Assembly (NCBI GenBank): GCA_964016885.1
Contig: OZ024740.1
Coordinates: forward strand, 157,356,001-157,420,000
Origin: Eledone cirrhosa
Lineage: Eukaryota
Length of the DNA: 64,000 nt
Direction: 5' to 3'
Both the position numbers and the translations under genes were made by a program. The notes under the pieces are model-generated. The model worked only from the letters and a program-made list of their open reading frames with translations. It ran no database searches and was not told where the DNA came from. Positions 49,918-63,858 of this stretch are shown in pieces. Position 1 is the first letter of the stretch, and each line of letters opens with the position of its first letter.

Positions 49918-50915
49918 GATATATTCTTGTTTTGTAGACCTAAGAAAGTCATATGACTGCATTCCTCAGGATCTGCTGTGGAAGGTTTTGCAGGAGTATG
50001 GGATCAATGGTCAGCTTCTTATTGCTCTGATGTCCTTGTACGAATACCTGAGCATTTGTGTTCGGTAAATGGTGCTAAATCGAAACCAGAGTCAAACTCC
50101 ATCAGGGGTCCATATTATCACCTCTTCTGTTCATTATTTTTATGAACAGGATTGACATGTGCAGCTAGGTTGGAACTGGTATCACGGCTGGCTGGAATTT
50201 GCAAATAACATGGTGTTACTTAATTCAAAAAGTGATCTCTGACTTGCACTTGTTAAGTTTGATGCTGAATGCTGCGAAAATTGAGATACTCATCATCTCA
50301 AGGAAGCCTGCGCAGTGTACTCTACATGTAAATGGAGTTCCACTGAAGCAGGTGGAGAAATTCAAGTATCTTAGGGCTGTGTTCACAAAAGATGGAAGGC
50401 AGGAAGCTGAATTAAGGGAGGTAGGTGTAAAAGCCAAACTCGCTATCTTCAATTACATATTCGTGTTAATCCTTATCTATGGTCATGAATCTTGGGTAAT
50501 GATCGAAAGAATGAAAGAATATGATTGCGAATACAAGCAGCCAAAATGGGGTTCCTCCGAAGGGTCTTTGGAGTAACGTTACTCAATAGAGTGCATACCT
50601 TGGAGATCAGAAAGTCACTCTAGGAAGAGCCGCTACTTCTCCAAATTGAGAGATCACAGCTCCGATACTATGGGGACGTAGTTAGAATATTTCAGGAAAG
50701 AATCACTGGACAGATTTTACAGGCAAAAACCAACTGGCAGGAACCCAGGAGTTGATCCTGAGGAAATTGTTGGATAACATCCATGAGTTTGGTTGGTCCA
50801 CTTGGGGATCCAGCCAGATCAGTTGGAGATGGTTGCTTCTGACAAGACCTACTGGAAGGAGTATTTGTGGTCTCTGCTCCCACGACCCTCTCTGAAATAA
50901 TGGGCAAAGAAGAAG
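49918..50915 (+). mobile_element. Degenerate RTE (Expander/Rex3-like) LINE, 3' part
   Basis: CFVDLRKSYD, HQG..LSPLLF, LKQVEKFKYL, YGHESW. Confidence 0.8.
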
Positions 50916-52019
50916 ATATTTAGGGCCCTTTATTCGATCCTCACCACCATCATTGTCACTGCTATCAGCTCAGCACCACATTGTTCCAATGGTAAATGTA
51001 AACTCATGTGACTTTGGGTATCTGCGGAAGTAGTTGACTTAGGGATATGAATTTACAATAATTGAAATATAGGCAAAAAATAAATATATATTCAATTGGC
51101 AGACATCAAGTAGTTAAACTACCATTCCAACAAAAATGGAAGATTCTGGTTAAAGTGAAAGCCACATTCAAGGTGATAAAATGGGGCTAGGAGTTTTATA
51201 TCTACTTTCTTGACAATGGGATTTGCGGAGCTAGATAAACACCCAGTTTTGACTGGCATTTAGGAAGCTTTTTTTAATATTCATTGTAAACACTGATGTT
51301 TATGGAGCTAGGTAGATAACTAGTCTAAACAATAGTGTATAACCCTATGGCATTCACATTACTCTATATATACTATTGTATTTTCCGGTAAAGGCTTTAC
51401 CTCACATAATTATCTCACATAATATCAATTCTATTATTTATTTTGAGAACAATCAACATCAGTATGAACAGCCAGTTACAGCTGGTTTGAACAGAAAGGT
51501 TGTGAGAGAATTCTGGCTGGATACAGTTGGTTTAAATGGTAAAGGTAAACATCTATTCAGAATAATGGTGTTTAGAGATTTAGGCAAATACCTATTCTAG
51601 ACAATGATATTTGTGATCTAAGCAAACACCCATGAATGTTTGCGGGCTGCACGTAGGTTAGAATTTTTTAACTTTTTCTATCATTCTCCAAAGAGCCAGT
51701 TCAATGGGAAGGCCTCTGGAAACTATGTGTGGACATGGTTCTTGTGCTTCAAGCTTCAAGTCATAAGGAACAAGGATGGTGATATCTCCATTATCCTTTA
51801 TTGGCACGGACATTAATATGTGCATCATAGCTGAGTTGAAGAAGATCAGAAACTCTTTTAGACAAGGAAAGAGTACTGGACTAAATGAGATCTTCTCTGA
51901 GGTCCACAAGTGTAACCTGGATGACATCTTGATAAACATCTGACGTATGATAATATGGAATAATGGTCCCTTTAGAACATAATTTCTTTTCCTACATCTG
52001 TCTATTGAAGTTAACAGTT

Positions 52020-52720
52020 ACAAGGTAAAAAAAGCAATCAGGGAGATGGAAAAACATCCGAACCATCAGAGATAGTCACTGAGATGCTGAAATAATCTAG
52101 GGAAGTAGGAGTCAAGATAGTCACTTACATAGTGAATCAGATAATACATAATAGGGTCATACGTAATAGATGCATTACTGTACCAACTCCTGCAATTATT
52201 GCACTTAATTCAGCCTCCTACCTCACAGCACTCATGAATACGATGCTAAAGTACTTGAATTTCTTCATCTGTTATAGTGGAATTCCAATCACATATAAAG
52301 GGCACTGTACAGGCTTCCTTGAGAGGATGAGTGTTCCAGTCATGGCAGCACTGATTTTCATATTTGTCATGCAGCACTTGGCAGCAAACCTATCAAGTGC
52401 ATGTCAGATATCAACTTCTGCCAAGTTAAGTAATATAATGTGGTCAGCAAATTCCAGCTGACAGATCCTACACCTGCCAGTTGTGATACCACTTCCAACA
52501 TGGCTACGCATGTCAATCCTGTCCATGAAGATTATGAACAGGAGAGGTGGCAGAGCCTGATACCCACATTGAATAGTTTCAACTTAGCACCATTTATCCA
52601 AACACAAATATTAGGGCATGTGTATAAAGACATCAGGGTAACAAGGTGTTCATCAATCTCATACTTTTATAGAATCTTCCACAACAGGTCCCATGGAATA
52701 CAATCATATGCCTTTTCATG
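52020..52720. mobile_element. Degenerate RTE fragments in both orientations
   Basis: SEIVTEMLK on plus; RT motifs of the Expander-like family on minus. Confidence 0.65.
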
Positions 52721-53109
52721 AAAATTTGAGCTGTTTTGCAAGAGAACTAGTGACAGGTGGCCACCAGATATGATGGTTAGGTGAAGAAGTGCCAGGAGTT
52801 CCCAGTGAAATGAAGCTGCAGTGGTGAAAGGCCAAGAAAGACTTTGGCAGCAGAAGTGGTGAGAGTTGATGTCATAACACTGAACCTCACAGAGAAGGTG
52901 ATGAAGGGATGCTGCAGATGGAGGAAACTGTGCTGGAAAAGACTCACCCAGCCCATATAAACAGGGATAAATTAAAGGATGGTGTAATGCTGTACTGCAG
53001 AAGATCTACCTTCTCATGAGCACAAAATGAAATTTAAAAAAACACGCAGAGGACACACTAGTCTGCACCAATCTGGACACTTTTGACATCTGATCTTCCA
53101 TTATGCTGT

Positions 53110-53630
53110 TGCCATGACAAAAAGCACAAAGTCCACCCTGTATTCTGATCTGGTTCCACAACAACAAAAGTAACTTCTCCATCCTGTCAGGTGGTCATGT
53201 TGGTGATACGAGAAGACATATCCTGTCCACTCTGTAATGTGGCCAAGCTGGTGACACAACAAAAAGTGCACAGTCCACCCTGTAAGATAGTCTTGCTGGT
53301 GATAAATAACATGCACCTAGTTCACTCAGTAAGGTGGTCGTGTTGGTGACACAGCAAAAAGCATCCAGTTCACCCTGCAAGGTGGTCATGTTGGTGGCAT
53401 GACACAAAAGCCCTAGTTCACCATATAAGGTGGTTGTTTTGGTGCCACAATAGAAAGTACCCAGTGCACACTCTAACATGGTTGGTGTTAGGAAGGGCAT
53501 CCAGCTGTAGAAACCAAGCCAAAATACAAATCTGTAGAAGTGTGACAGACTCTCTCGACTTGTTATCATAATGTAACAACCCATCTAACCCATGCAACTA
53601 TGGAAAATGGACGTTAAACGATGATGATAT
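53110..53630 (+). repeat. RTE 3' UTR with about eight degenerate ~47-bp tandem units
   Basis: Recurring CACCCTGTAAGGTGGTC.TGTTGGTG.CAC.ACAAAAAG, then the conserved RTE 3' end. Confidence 0.8.
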
Positions 53631-53641
53631 ATATGTATATA

Positions 53642-56600
53642 TATCATCATCATCATCATCTTCGTTTAACGTCCATCTTCCACGCTAGCATGGGTTTGAC
53701 GGGAGTTGTCCCACTTGAGGCAAGGTTGGCCGGGTGACCGTGTCTCGCTCATATAGGGCTATCTGGTAGGTTTTCTATGGCTGGATGCCCTTCCTAACAC
53801 CAACCACATTTACAGTGTGGAACTGGGAACTTTTTACCATGTTACCTACACGACCACATTACAGCGTGGACTGTGTGTTTTTTGTCGTGACACCTACACA
53901 ATCTCGATCTCATTATCTCATATATTTGGACTGGATGTTGTGGTACCAACTTTACAGGTAGAGGGTGGTGTTGGTGGGAGTTGGGAGGATAGGGTAGGAG
54001 TAGTGGATTGGGGTGTATATTTGGTTAAGAGGTGCCTACTGACTGTAGGTTTCGCTTTGTACATAGGCAAGGTGGGTCTTGTGTATTACTGCGTAACGCC
54101 AAAGATCTCGGTCCAGTGACATTGTCTTCGAGAGGTGCAAGTGTGTAAGGTTGGAATTTATCAGATCGTCCCAGTTTTTTCTTGGTCTACCTACTCCATA
54201 ACTACCATCAATTTTGATCGCCCTGCACTTTTTTATACAGCTGTCGTCTTTCATGTGCATCACGTGGCCCTACCAACATAGTCTTCTCTCAAGTAAACAG
54301 CATCTGATCCCTCCTATTCCTAATTTCTCACTTAGTTTATTTATGCTTTGCCGTTCACATATATTACTATTACACATCCAACGGAGCATGCATGCTTCGT
54401 TCCTTTCCAGTCTGCGCAGGTCCTCTGCACGTAATGTCCATGTCTCACTGCCATGTAGCATTGCTGTACGTATACAGGCATCATACAATCTGCCTTTCAT
54501 TTTTAGAGAGAAACCTTTTGTGGCCAACAGCGGTATAAGCTCTCTGAACTTTTTCCACCCCGTTCTGACTCTGGCTACTGTTCTTTCAGAGCACCCTCCA
54601 CCACTTCTGATTTCGTCACCCAGGTAACAGAAAGTGTCCACTATTTCTATAGAACCATCTGCGCAATTGAAGGAGCTAGTATCCTGTAGACACTTGCTAC
54701 TTATTGCACCTGAGCATCGGCCACATAAAGTCTATGTTCTTAGATAGTTTACCTGTGATCCCACTACATCTTTTATGTACCCATACTTTGCATTTGGGAC
54801 ATAAAATGGAATTTCTGCCTACTCTTTTCCTACACACTGAGCATGGCCATTTCCCTGAGGGCCCCTGTGCCCTATTTTCCTTTCTACAAACTAGAACTTT
54901 AGTCTTAGACAAGTTAACTTTAAGGCCTTTTGATTCTAGGCCATGCTTCCATGTTTGGAATTTCTTCTCTAATTCAGCCATTGATTCAGCTATGAGCGTT
55001 AGATCATCTGCGTATAGGAGTGCCCATGGGCAGCCAGTCTTGAACTCCTCTGTTATAGCCTGAAGGGCAATAATAAATAGGAGGGGGCTAAGGATAGAGC
55101 CTTGATGAACACCAACTTTTACACTAAATTCTTCACAATATTCATTGTTAATTCTAACCTTGCTGACTGTTTCTTTATACATAGCTTGTATAGCTCTCAC
55201 AAGCCATTCATCTACACCTAGTTTTCTAAGAGCCCACCAGATAATGGAGCGGAGGACTCTGTCAAAGGCTTTCTCCAGGTCTACAAAAGCTAAGTAGAGG
55301 GGTTTGTTTTTAGCTAGGTACTTCTTCTGTAGTTGTCGTACAAAGAAAAGAGCGTCTGTGGTACTTTTACCTGACACAAACCCAAACTGCATTTCATCTA
55401 GATCAATTCGCTCTCTGATTAGTTGCGCTATAACTCTTTCTGTGACCTTAATGACCTAGTCAACTAACTTAATGCCTCTATAGTTTCCCCTATCTAGAGC
55501 ATCTCCTTTACCCTTGTAGCAGTTAATGATGATGCTGCTACGCCAGTCTTTTGGTATCAGCCCATTCTGTATTACTTGGTTAACTATACGGGTGACCATA
55601 GTATGTCCCACCATTCCAGATGCCTTCAACATCTCAGCAACTATCTCCGAAGGCCCAGCTGCCTTGCCTGTCTTCATATCTTTGATTGCCTTACTTATTA
55701 TACTACCTTTAACTTGCACCGATGGTTTCTTCTATTGGATCAATTTGGGGTAGACTATCTTTTTCCCGTTTATTCTCCTCATTTAATAGTCTCTCGTAGT
55801 GACACTTCCAGGCTATCTTCTTATCAGTGTCAGTGAGGGTAAGTACGCCGTTATCACGACAATATCACGGTTTTCCTTGACACATTGTCTAGCAATCCTG
55901 AACACCTCACGTTTTTGGTCCTCACGTTGTAGAACATGCTTGAACTTTCTATCCTCTGCTTCACTTTTTGCAAGGTACACTTGTCTCCTAGCTTCTCTCC
56001 TGGCCACTTGATAGTGCTCTCTACTTCCCCATCCTGCCATACTTTCCAAGCCTGCTTTTTGGACTTGATTGTCTCTTCCACCTTACTGTTCCACCACTAA
56101 GTTACTCTCCTCCTGCCAATAGGTCTGCTCCAGCCATAGATTTCATCCGTTGCTTTCAGCTGGTTCACTTTCAAGAATTGCCACTGTTCCTCTATATTGC
56201 ACATCTCTAATTGCTCTTCCTTATTGTCAAAGGCATCAAGTAATAAGTTTTTAAATTTGTCACTGGGTATGGGGTCCTTCAACTTCCATATTCTTCTCCT
56301 CAAGGTAGGCCTCCTCTGTTGTTGAGTACGTCTATTCCTGACTCTGAGGTCACTAACTACTAGGCTATGTTGGGAGGTGTATTCTTCACGGGAGAGGGAT
56401 TTAGTGTTTACAACAGACACTTTGTCCCGTCTTCTAGTAAGGATATAATCTATCTGGTTGGCGTATTCCCCTCATCTATAGGTGATCAAGTGGTTTTATT
56501 GTTTTTTGAAGTTTGTGTTACAGATAGTTATTAGAGTCACAAAATTCCAGGATTCTGAAGCCCTCCTCATTTCTATTTCCAACCCCATAGCCTCCATCAT

Positions 56601-57917
56601 AGCTATCACTATGTTGTCCAACGTGACCGTTTAGATCGCCAGCAATAATTAAGTAGTCGCCGTCAGTTATTTAGGAGGTAGTGTGCATTAGCATCTCATA
56701 GAACCTATCCTTTATAACGTCAGGTAGACCAGATTGGGGTGCATAAGCGGATATTATTGTCACAGTAGTTCTATTTAGAACTAGTCTTATTTTAATTATT
56801 CTGTCATTCACTCTATTTACATCAATTACCTTATCTACCCAGTTTTCAGCTAACATAATTCCTACACCACCCAGTCCGTTGTCATTTCCCACCCAGAAAA
56901 GATTATAGCATCGTTTTTTACCCACGATGAATCTGGCAGACCCACCTCTTCACCTAGTCTCTTGAATACAACAAACATCAACTTCTTTACGTTAAGCATC
57001 TCTACAACCTCATTTGAGCGACCTTTCAATGTGCCTATGTTCATGGTACCAACTCTGAAGTTGGGAGGGTGGGATGGATGGGTTGGAGGGGCAGGGAGGG
57101 GTGTGGGAGACGGAATTATGTTGGTCATCTGTGTCTGAAATAAAGAGGGGTCCTTGTATTCTCGTCCTGCAGCGGGAGGTGAATTTATCTTTATCTGTGA
57201 CATTGACATTGAGTGCTTAGACTTTCCAAATTCCGCAGTCCACCCATCATAGCTTTGCTATACTGATTTATCAGAGAACTTACTATAAGCCGCTGAGTTA
57301 TGATTGGACCATATAGCAATGGTGGTGTGTGGGGGTGGGAGGGTGGGAAATGGGTAACTTTAGGAGACGATTAGTTTTTAGGAAGGGTCCAACAGAATGA
57401 GACATATTATTAGAAACATGTAAAATATTAATTGAAAATCCGAGAGAAAAACGGAGAATTTGAATTCTAGACTGGCATAAATAGAAGTTTTAAACTCTGT
57501 TTATTGAGGAGTTGGCTACGGATAAAAGGAAAGATAAGTATTTTGCTTACATTCTCAAAATCGACAGATCGTCCATAAGATTGATTAGATAGATAAATTC
57601 TGTCCTTGGGAAGCCAGCAAGGTTTATTTTATACTTGCGATCAAACGGGGGGGGGGGGGGTATGAGAGAAGGAGAGCAAAGTGTTTACAAAGTTAGCGAG
57701 TGAGATGCAGAAAGTTTCTAGAATAATTAATTAATAATTGTTTCTACTTTAGACACAAGGCCAGCAATTATCCAGTGCATTACTGGTACTTTATTTTATC
57801 GACCCCTTAAGGATGAAAGGCAAAATAATTAATAATGATACTAGAAGGTTAGTTTTTAGTAAGGGTCCAACAGAATGAGACATATTAAAAATATGTAAAA
57901 TATTAATTGAAAATCCA
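53642..57917 (-). mobile_element. Full-length but inactivated RTE LINE (RT with PHD), with a SINE in its 5' UTR (~57725-57830)
   Basis: ORF pieces 54036-57209; close relative of 36023-38080 and 45693-49890. Confidence 0.92.
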
Positions 57918-57989
57918 AGATATATATATATATTCGTCTAACCTATGCTAGCATGGAAACATGGACATTAAACAGTGATGATGATGATA

Positions 57990-59560
57990 TAGGGCCAGCC
58001 ATTAAAGTTGACAGTTATAGGCTCAAAGAAATGAAAAATGGCAAAGCTGTAGGACCATCAGAGATAGTTGCTGTGATGCTGAAAGCATCAGAAGTAGGTG
58101 TCAAACTAGTAACCTTCATAGTCAACCAGGTAATACAAGACAGTGTCATACTCAATGACTGGCACAGCAGTACAACTGGAAATTGTTACAAGTGCAAAGG
58201 TGATGCCTTAGAAAGGAACAATACTAATGGACCAAGTTATGAAAGTGATGGAAAGAGTTAAAGCGCAATTAATTAGAGAAAGAGTCAAATTAGACGAGTT
58301 GCAGTTTGGTTTCATGCCTGTGAAAAGTACTTACAGACGCCCTCTTTTTAGTGAGTCAACTGCAAGAGAAGTCCTAGCCAAAAATGACCCACTATACCTA
58401 GCTTTCGTTGATATAGAAAAGGCCTTTGACGGAGTTCCTCAATTTATTATCTGGTGGTCCTTTAGGAAATTAGGTGTAGAAGAATGGTTGGTGACAGCAG
58501 TGCAAGCCCTGTACAGAGGAGCTATCAGCAAAGTGAGAGTAGGATGTGAGTTTAGTGAGGAATTCAAGGTACAAATAGGAGCTCATCAAGGTTCGGTTCT
58601 TAGCCCACTACTATTCATTATAATTCTTCAGGCTATAACAGAGGAGTTTAAAACTGGGTGTCCATGGGAACTTCTTTATGCAGATAATCTGGTCCTTATA
58701 GCAGAATCCATTAAAGACCTAGAAAATAAGTTCTGACTAAGGAAATGGAATTTGAAATCAAAAGGCCTTGAAGTGGCCCTGCTGAATATGAAGAAAGAGA
58801 GTAGGTAGAAAGTCCATACAATGTACACAATGTAAATCTTGGGTAAACAAGAGATGTAATGGGATAACGGGTAACTAACAGGAAGGGAAGATGCACAGTG
58901 GTAATCAAGAGGAGAGAGAACCAGTAATGTGAACCTGTTTCAGTCACATGAAGGATCCATAGATGCAGTTGATAGCTTCTGTTATCTGGGTGACTTTATT
59001 AGCTGTGGAGGAGGGTGCTCTGAGAGCATATTAGCTAGAATAAGGGTAGGATGGAAGAGGTTTAGAGAACGACACCCACTGTTGACCACAAAAGGTTTCT
59101 CCTGACATACAAAAGGATGACTGTATGATGCCTGTGTGTGAAGTGTGATGCTGCATGGAAGTGAAACAGGGGCTGTGACTGCAGAGGACATGCATGAATA
59201 GGAGAGAAATGAAGCAACCATGCTCTGTTGGATGTGCAATGTAAATGTGAGAGAAAGGCAGAACTTGGACCAATTGAGGGATAAGCTGGGTTTAAGAAGA
59301 ATCTGAGGTGGTGTGCAGGAGAGAAGACTGCCTTAGTTTGGACATGTGATGCACATGGACAATGATTGTTAGGTAAAGAAGTGCCAGGAAATGTCAGTGG
59401 AAGGAAGCTGCAGTAGAGGTAGACCAAGAAAGACCTGGGCAGAGGTGGTGAGAGCTGATCTCAAATCACTGAGACTCACAGTAGAGATCATGTACTGAGA
59501 CGGACCTGTCCAACCCATGCAAGCATGGAAAAGCAGATGTAAAAATGATGATGATATCAT
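57990..59560 (+). mobile_element. Older degenerate RTE LINE copy
   Basis: GPSEIVA, QFGF, FVDIEKAFD, HQGSVLSP, LLYADN; many stops. Confidence 0.85.
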
Positions 59561-60034
59561 CATCGTTTAACGTCTATCTTCCACGCTAGCATGGGTTTCA
59601 TTTCATTTCATTTTACGTCCGCTTTTTCCCTGCTTGCAAGGGTGAGATGGGAACTTATTCTGGCTTGATTTCTACAGCTGGGTGCCCTTCCTAACACCAA
59701 CCTCATTTACAGTGAGTGCTGGGTGCTTTTTTGCTGTGGCACCTCCACGACCACTTTCCAGTGGAATGGTATGGACCTCAGTCCCTATCATCTCATTTCT
59801 ACAGCTGAGTAAACTGGAGCAATGTGAAATAAAGTGTCTTGCTCAAGGAAACAACACATCACCCGGTCTGAGAATTGAACTCACAACCTTTCGATTGCAA
59901 GGCCAATGCTCTAACCACTAAGCCATGTGCCTCCATTTATATATGATGTGCCTCCGTTTATATATGATATATATATACATACACACACACACACACACAC
60001 ACATAAAAAACAGGCTTCCAGTTTTTGTCTATTA

Positions 60035-60625
60035 TTTTTCTTCAGCCACTTATTCCTGAGAGGGTTGTGGGGACAGTGACCTGAGGCATGTTTTCAAGAG
60101 AGTCCTATTAAAAGCAACCATCACTAAATGATCTGACTGGATCCTTAAGTGAGACCAACCAAGCTTATAGATGTTATCCAACCATCTTACCTGTGTCTAT
60201 CTCTGGGTCTCCTGCCAGTTGGCTTTTCCTGTAAAATCTATTCAGTAATTCTTTCCTTAGACATTCTAACCACATGTCCATAATATAGGAGCTATATCCT
60301 CTCAATGTAGATAAATATCAGCTCAACCTGGAGAAACTCCCTGATCTCTGAGCTATGGGTAAATTTACTCCAAAGACCCTTTGGAAGAACCACAATTTGG
60401 TCGCTATGTGCATGGTCACATTCTTTCAGTCATTACATAAGATTCATGACCATTGGTAAGGGTAGTTGCAAACACTGGATTAAAGATAGTGAGTTTGCCA
60501 TTTACACCTATCTCCTTTTTTCTTATGATCCAGTTATGAAGGTGGCTCATTATTGCACCAGCACTAGCAGTTCTTGTATTTAATTCAACCCCCTGCTTTC
60601 CATCACAAGTAAAAATAGCCCGAAA
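60035..60625 (-). mobile_element. Degenerate RTE (Expander-like) 3' end
   Basis: Reverse-complement similarity to 50380-50910. Confidence 0.65.
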
Positions 60626-60884
60626 TTCACTACAAGAGCAAGGGTTGGTTCAAAGCTATTTACTGAAGGTGCCATGCAGTGGGACTGAATTCAAAACTGT
60701 TTAGTTGCAAAGCAAACTCCAATTTATCATATTTTCTCCCTCAGATATAGGTGACAACTAATTTCAAGCTAAGATACTACCAGAATCAATTCCATGAGAA
60801 GTAAACAAAAGCCACGTAGATCCTTGTTTGGAGAATACTAAAGAAAAGAAATGAATATATATTTTTATTTTACACTGTACATGT

Positions 60885-61335
60885 GAAGGTATGTAGCATA
60901 GTGGTTAAGGTGTTAGGCTCATGATTGTAAAGCCATGGTTTTCATACCTTCACCAGGTAGCATTTTGCATTCTTGAGCATGTCACTTAATTTCACATCAC
61001 TCCAGTCCTGTCAACTCAAAAAAATGAGTTGTATCTGTAATTTAAAGGGCCATAATTTCTCATATTTGTGGTTAGGGTGTTGGATTCATGCTCACAATGT
61101 CTTGGGTTCAGTGCCCTGCCTGGGCAATACATTGTGTTCCAGAGCAAAACAATTCTTTTCCCATTGCTACAAACGAGTACCACCAGCAGATAGTTGTTAA
61201 TCTTGTGATGGGCTGCTGTTCTATCCATGGTGGAGTCTTGAACTCTCAGTTGCTTAATGCCAATGAAACTGGGATAATAAACATCAGCCTGACAAGCTTG
61301 AGACAGCCTTTAACTGTATTGGACTTGAGATAACC
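60885..61335 (+). mobile_element. Degenerate tRNA-derived SINEs
   Basis: A-box-like TAGCATAGTGGTTAAG and GTGGTTAGGGTGTTGG heads. Confidence 0.5.
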
Positions 61336-61439
61336 AACAATTATCATATTTCACCATGATGATTGGTTGTTTTTGTTGCTCAATAATAAAAAAAAAAAAA
61401 TGAAATTTACAGTCCACACGTATACTGGTTAAGGTAACC

Positions 61440-61835
61440 ACATGCTTGTAGTATCAGAGCTGCGATCTCTCAATTTGGAGAAGTACTGGCTCTATCTGGG
61501 GTGACTCAGATCTCCGAGCTATGGATTCTATCAAGTAATATTACTTCAAAGACCCTTCGGAGGAACCCCATTTCGGCCGCTTGTATTCGTGATCATATTC
61601 TTTTGGTCATTACTCATGATTCATGACCATAGGTAAGGGTTGGCACGATTAGCGAGTTTGGCCTTTTTTATGACTACCTCCCTTCTTCTGATTACTGGAG
61701 TTGGCACATTACTGCATCAGCTTATGCAATTCTTGCACTCTACATGTTAATGGAGTTCCACTGAAGCAGGTAGAGAAGTTCAAGTATCTCGGGGCCATGT
61801 TCACAAGTGATGGAAGGCAGGAGGCTGAATTAAGT
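61440..61835. mobile_element. RTE (Expander-like) fragments, internally inverted
   Basis: A minus-strand piece is followed by a plus-strand piece reading LHVNGVPLKQVEKFKYLG. Confidence 0.65.
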
Positions 61836-61989
61836 GTAAGAAAGAAAAGAGATAAAATGAAACCAAAAAAACAAAATTGTCTTTTATTTGTTAATGTGTT
61901 TAAGAATTGGTTGAAGACCGAAATCTCATGAATCACTGTGGAGGATATCATCAAGAGTGAAGATCTGATAGGTAATTTTGGATCTTGCC

Positions 61990-62392
61990 TCATCATCATC
62001 CAGTTTTTGATTATGCAGGACATGATTTATCCCTAAGTAGGGGTGGGCCTTGCAAACAGCGCTCCTTAACACCCTGCTCCATGTGTTTCTGTCCGCTGGT
62101 CTCACTTGGACCAAGCCAAGCCTAGCTTGATCCCAACAGACTTCATTTATCCTAGTCCTTTTTGGTCTTCCTGGACCTCTACTGCCTCCTGGATCAACAT
62201 TCATTCTTTTCCTGATCCAGCCCTCACTGCGCTCGACATGGCCATACCAGCACATGCACCTTGTGTGAAGCACATCCTCGAGGTTGTTGATCAGCAGTCT
62301 TTTCAGGAGCTCAGTTGAACTGACATCATCCTCATTGGTCACACTGCACATCCAGTGGACCATAGCTCTGTCATTTCTTCTGAGCCGATTCA
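61990..62392 (-). mobile_element. RTE LINE 3' end
   Basis: RLRRNDRAMVHWMC, WYGHVER, RGPGRPKRT; GAT-rich tail. Confidence 0.8.
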
Positions 62393-62589
62393 AACATACA
62401 CACAAACAAAATTAAATTAAGAAAATCTATTTGGATTTAGGCAAAATAAAAAAAATAAAAATTGTGTACCTACTACCTTCCAATTAATTTTTTTATATTT
62501 ATCTAAAATTATTTTCTTGGCAATACATAACTTTCATTTAGTTTCATTATATCGTAGGCCCTTTTATATACCATCTAGAACTGTCCAGA

Positions 62590-62965
62590 ATTGATGGGAA
62601 AAGCCTGACGATCGTACCGTGTGCTCCTGGATAAGAGGCATGTGTCTTATCTGGGACATCACCGACAGTGACTCTTTTGCTTCTTCCCACATCCTGGATG
62701 CTGCGGTTAGGGTGAGAGCTACTGTTTCCATAGCGGAACGGAACAACATTCTGAAATACTGAGATCTGTCGGTTAACCTTTTCTAGCCTGTGGCTTTCAA
62801 GACATTTGGGGGAGTTGGGCCGCTGACTACTAGGTTCTTGTCATCACTGGTGGCTCACCTAACTGAGGTAACTGCTCGTGAAGGTGCTTAGCTGTTCCTG
62901 CACATCAGCCACGCCATCAACGAGGTAACGCTGTGAGCATGCTGGCTTGCCTCAAAAATTATTAG
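62590..62965 (+). mobile_element. Degenerate CRE LINE RLE fragment
   Basis: DGKSLT..PW.RGMCLIWDITDSD, PVAFKTFGGVGP, RGNAVSML. Confidence 0.7.
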
Positions 62966-63343
62966 AGGTTCCAGTGCTCCTTGCAATATCATTGTGTTCT
63001 GGCAGCGGTTCATTTGTCCACCCCTTCCGCTTGCATTTTGATGTATGTGGTTCAACATGTGTGTATTAGCTGTGAGTGTTTTTTTATCTTTCTTTTTTTT
63101 TCTTTTATATACCTATAGCGAAAGTTCACCACATTTTAAATTCATTTTCTGTTTCGATGCCAATCAAATATGCTTGTAGGTAACATGATACGTATATTTA
63201 TTGGACTTCTTACGCATTTACAAAAACGAAAACTGATTAGATTTAAATTAATCTAATGAAATCATGTGAGACTGAGTTAATCTGTTGCTGTTATTAAAAG
63301 TGTTAATGTGTGTTTTAAAAATAAATGGTATTATTATGGTAAA

Positions 63344-63858
63344 GGGCGGTGGATTGGTAGAGGGTTGGACGCCATGCTTTGGCGTATAGAGTTACGGCCC
63401 TTGCAATTCTGAATTCAAATCCCGCCAAGGTTAACTTTGCCTTTCATCCTTACGGGGTCGATAAAATAAAGTACCAGTAATGCATTGGGTATTTGCTGGC
63501 CTTGTGCCAATAGTAGAAACAATTATTATGGCTGGACGTCATGCTTTCTAGCATAGTTACGTCCCTTTACTGTCTAAGTTCAAATCCCGTCGAGGTTAAC
63601 TTTGCCTTTCGTCCTTATGGGGTCGATAAAATAAAGTACCAGTAATGTACTGGGTGATTGCTGGCCTTGTGCCTAACATAGAAACAATTATTATGGTTGG
63701 ACGTCATGCTTTCTAGCATAGTTACGTCCCTTTACTGTTTAAGTTCAAATCCCGTCGAGGTTAACTTTGCTTTTCATCCTTATGTTGTCGATAAAATAAA
63801 GTCCAGTAATGTACTGAGTATTTGCTGGCCTTGTGCCAAAAGTAGAAACAATTATTAT
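63344..63858 (+). mobile_element. Head-to-tail array of three SINE copies
   Basis: One complete copy plus two ~165-bp copies lacking the first ~20 nt, joined at ACAATTATTATGG. Confidence 0.9.
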
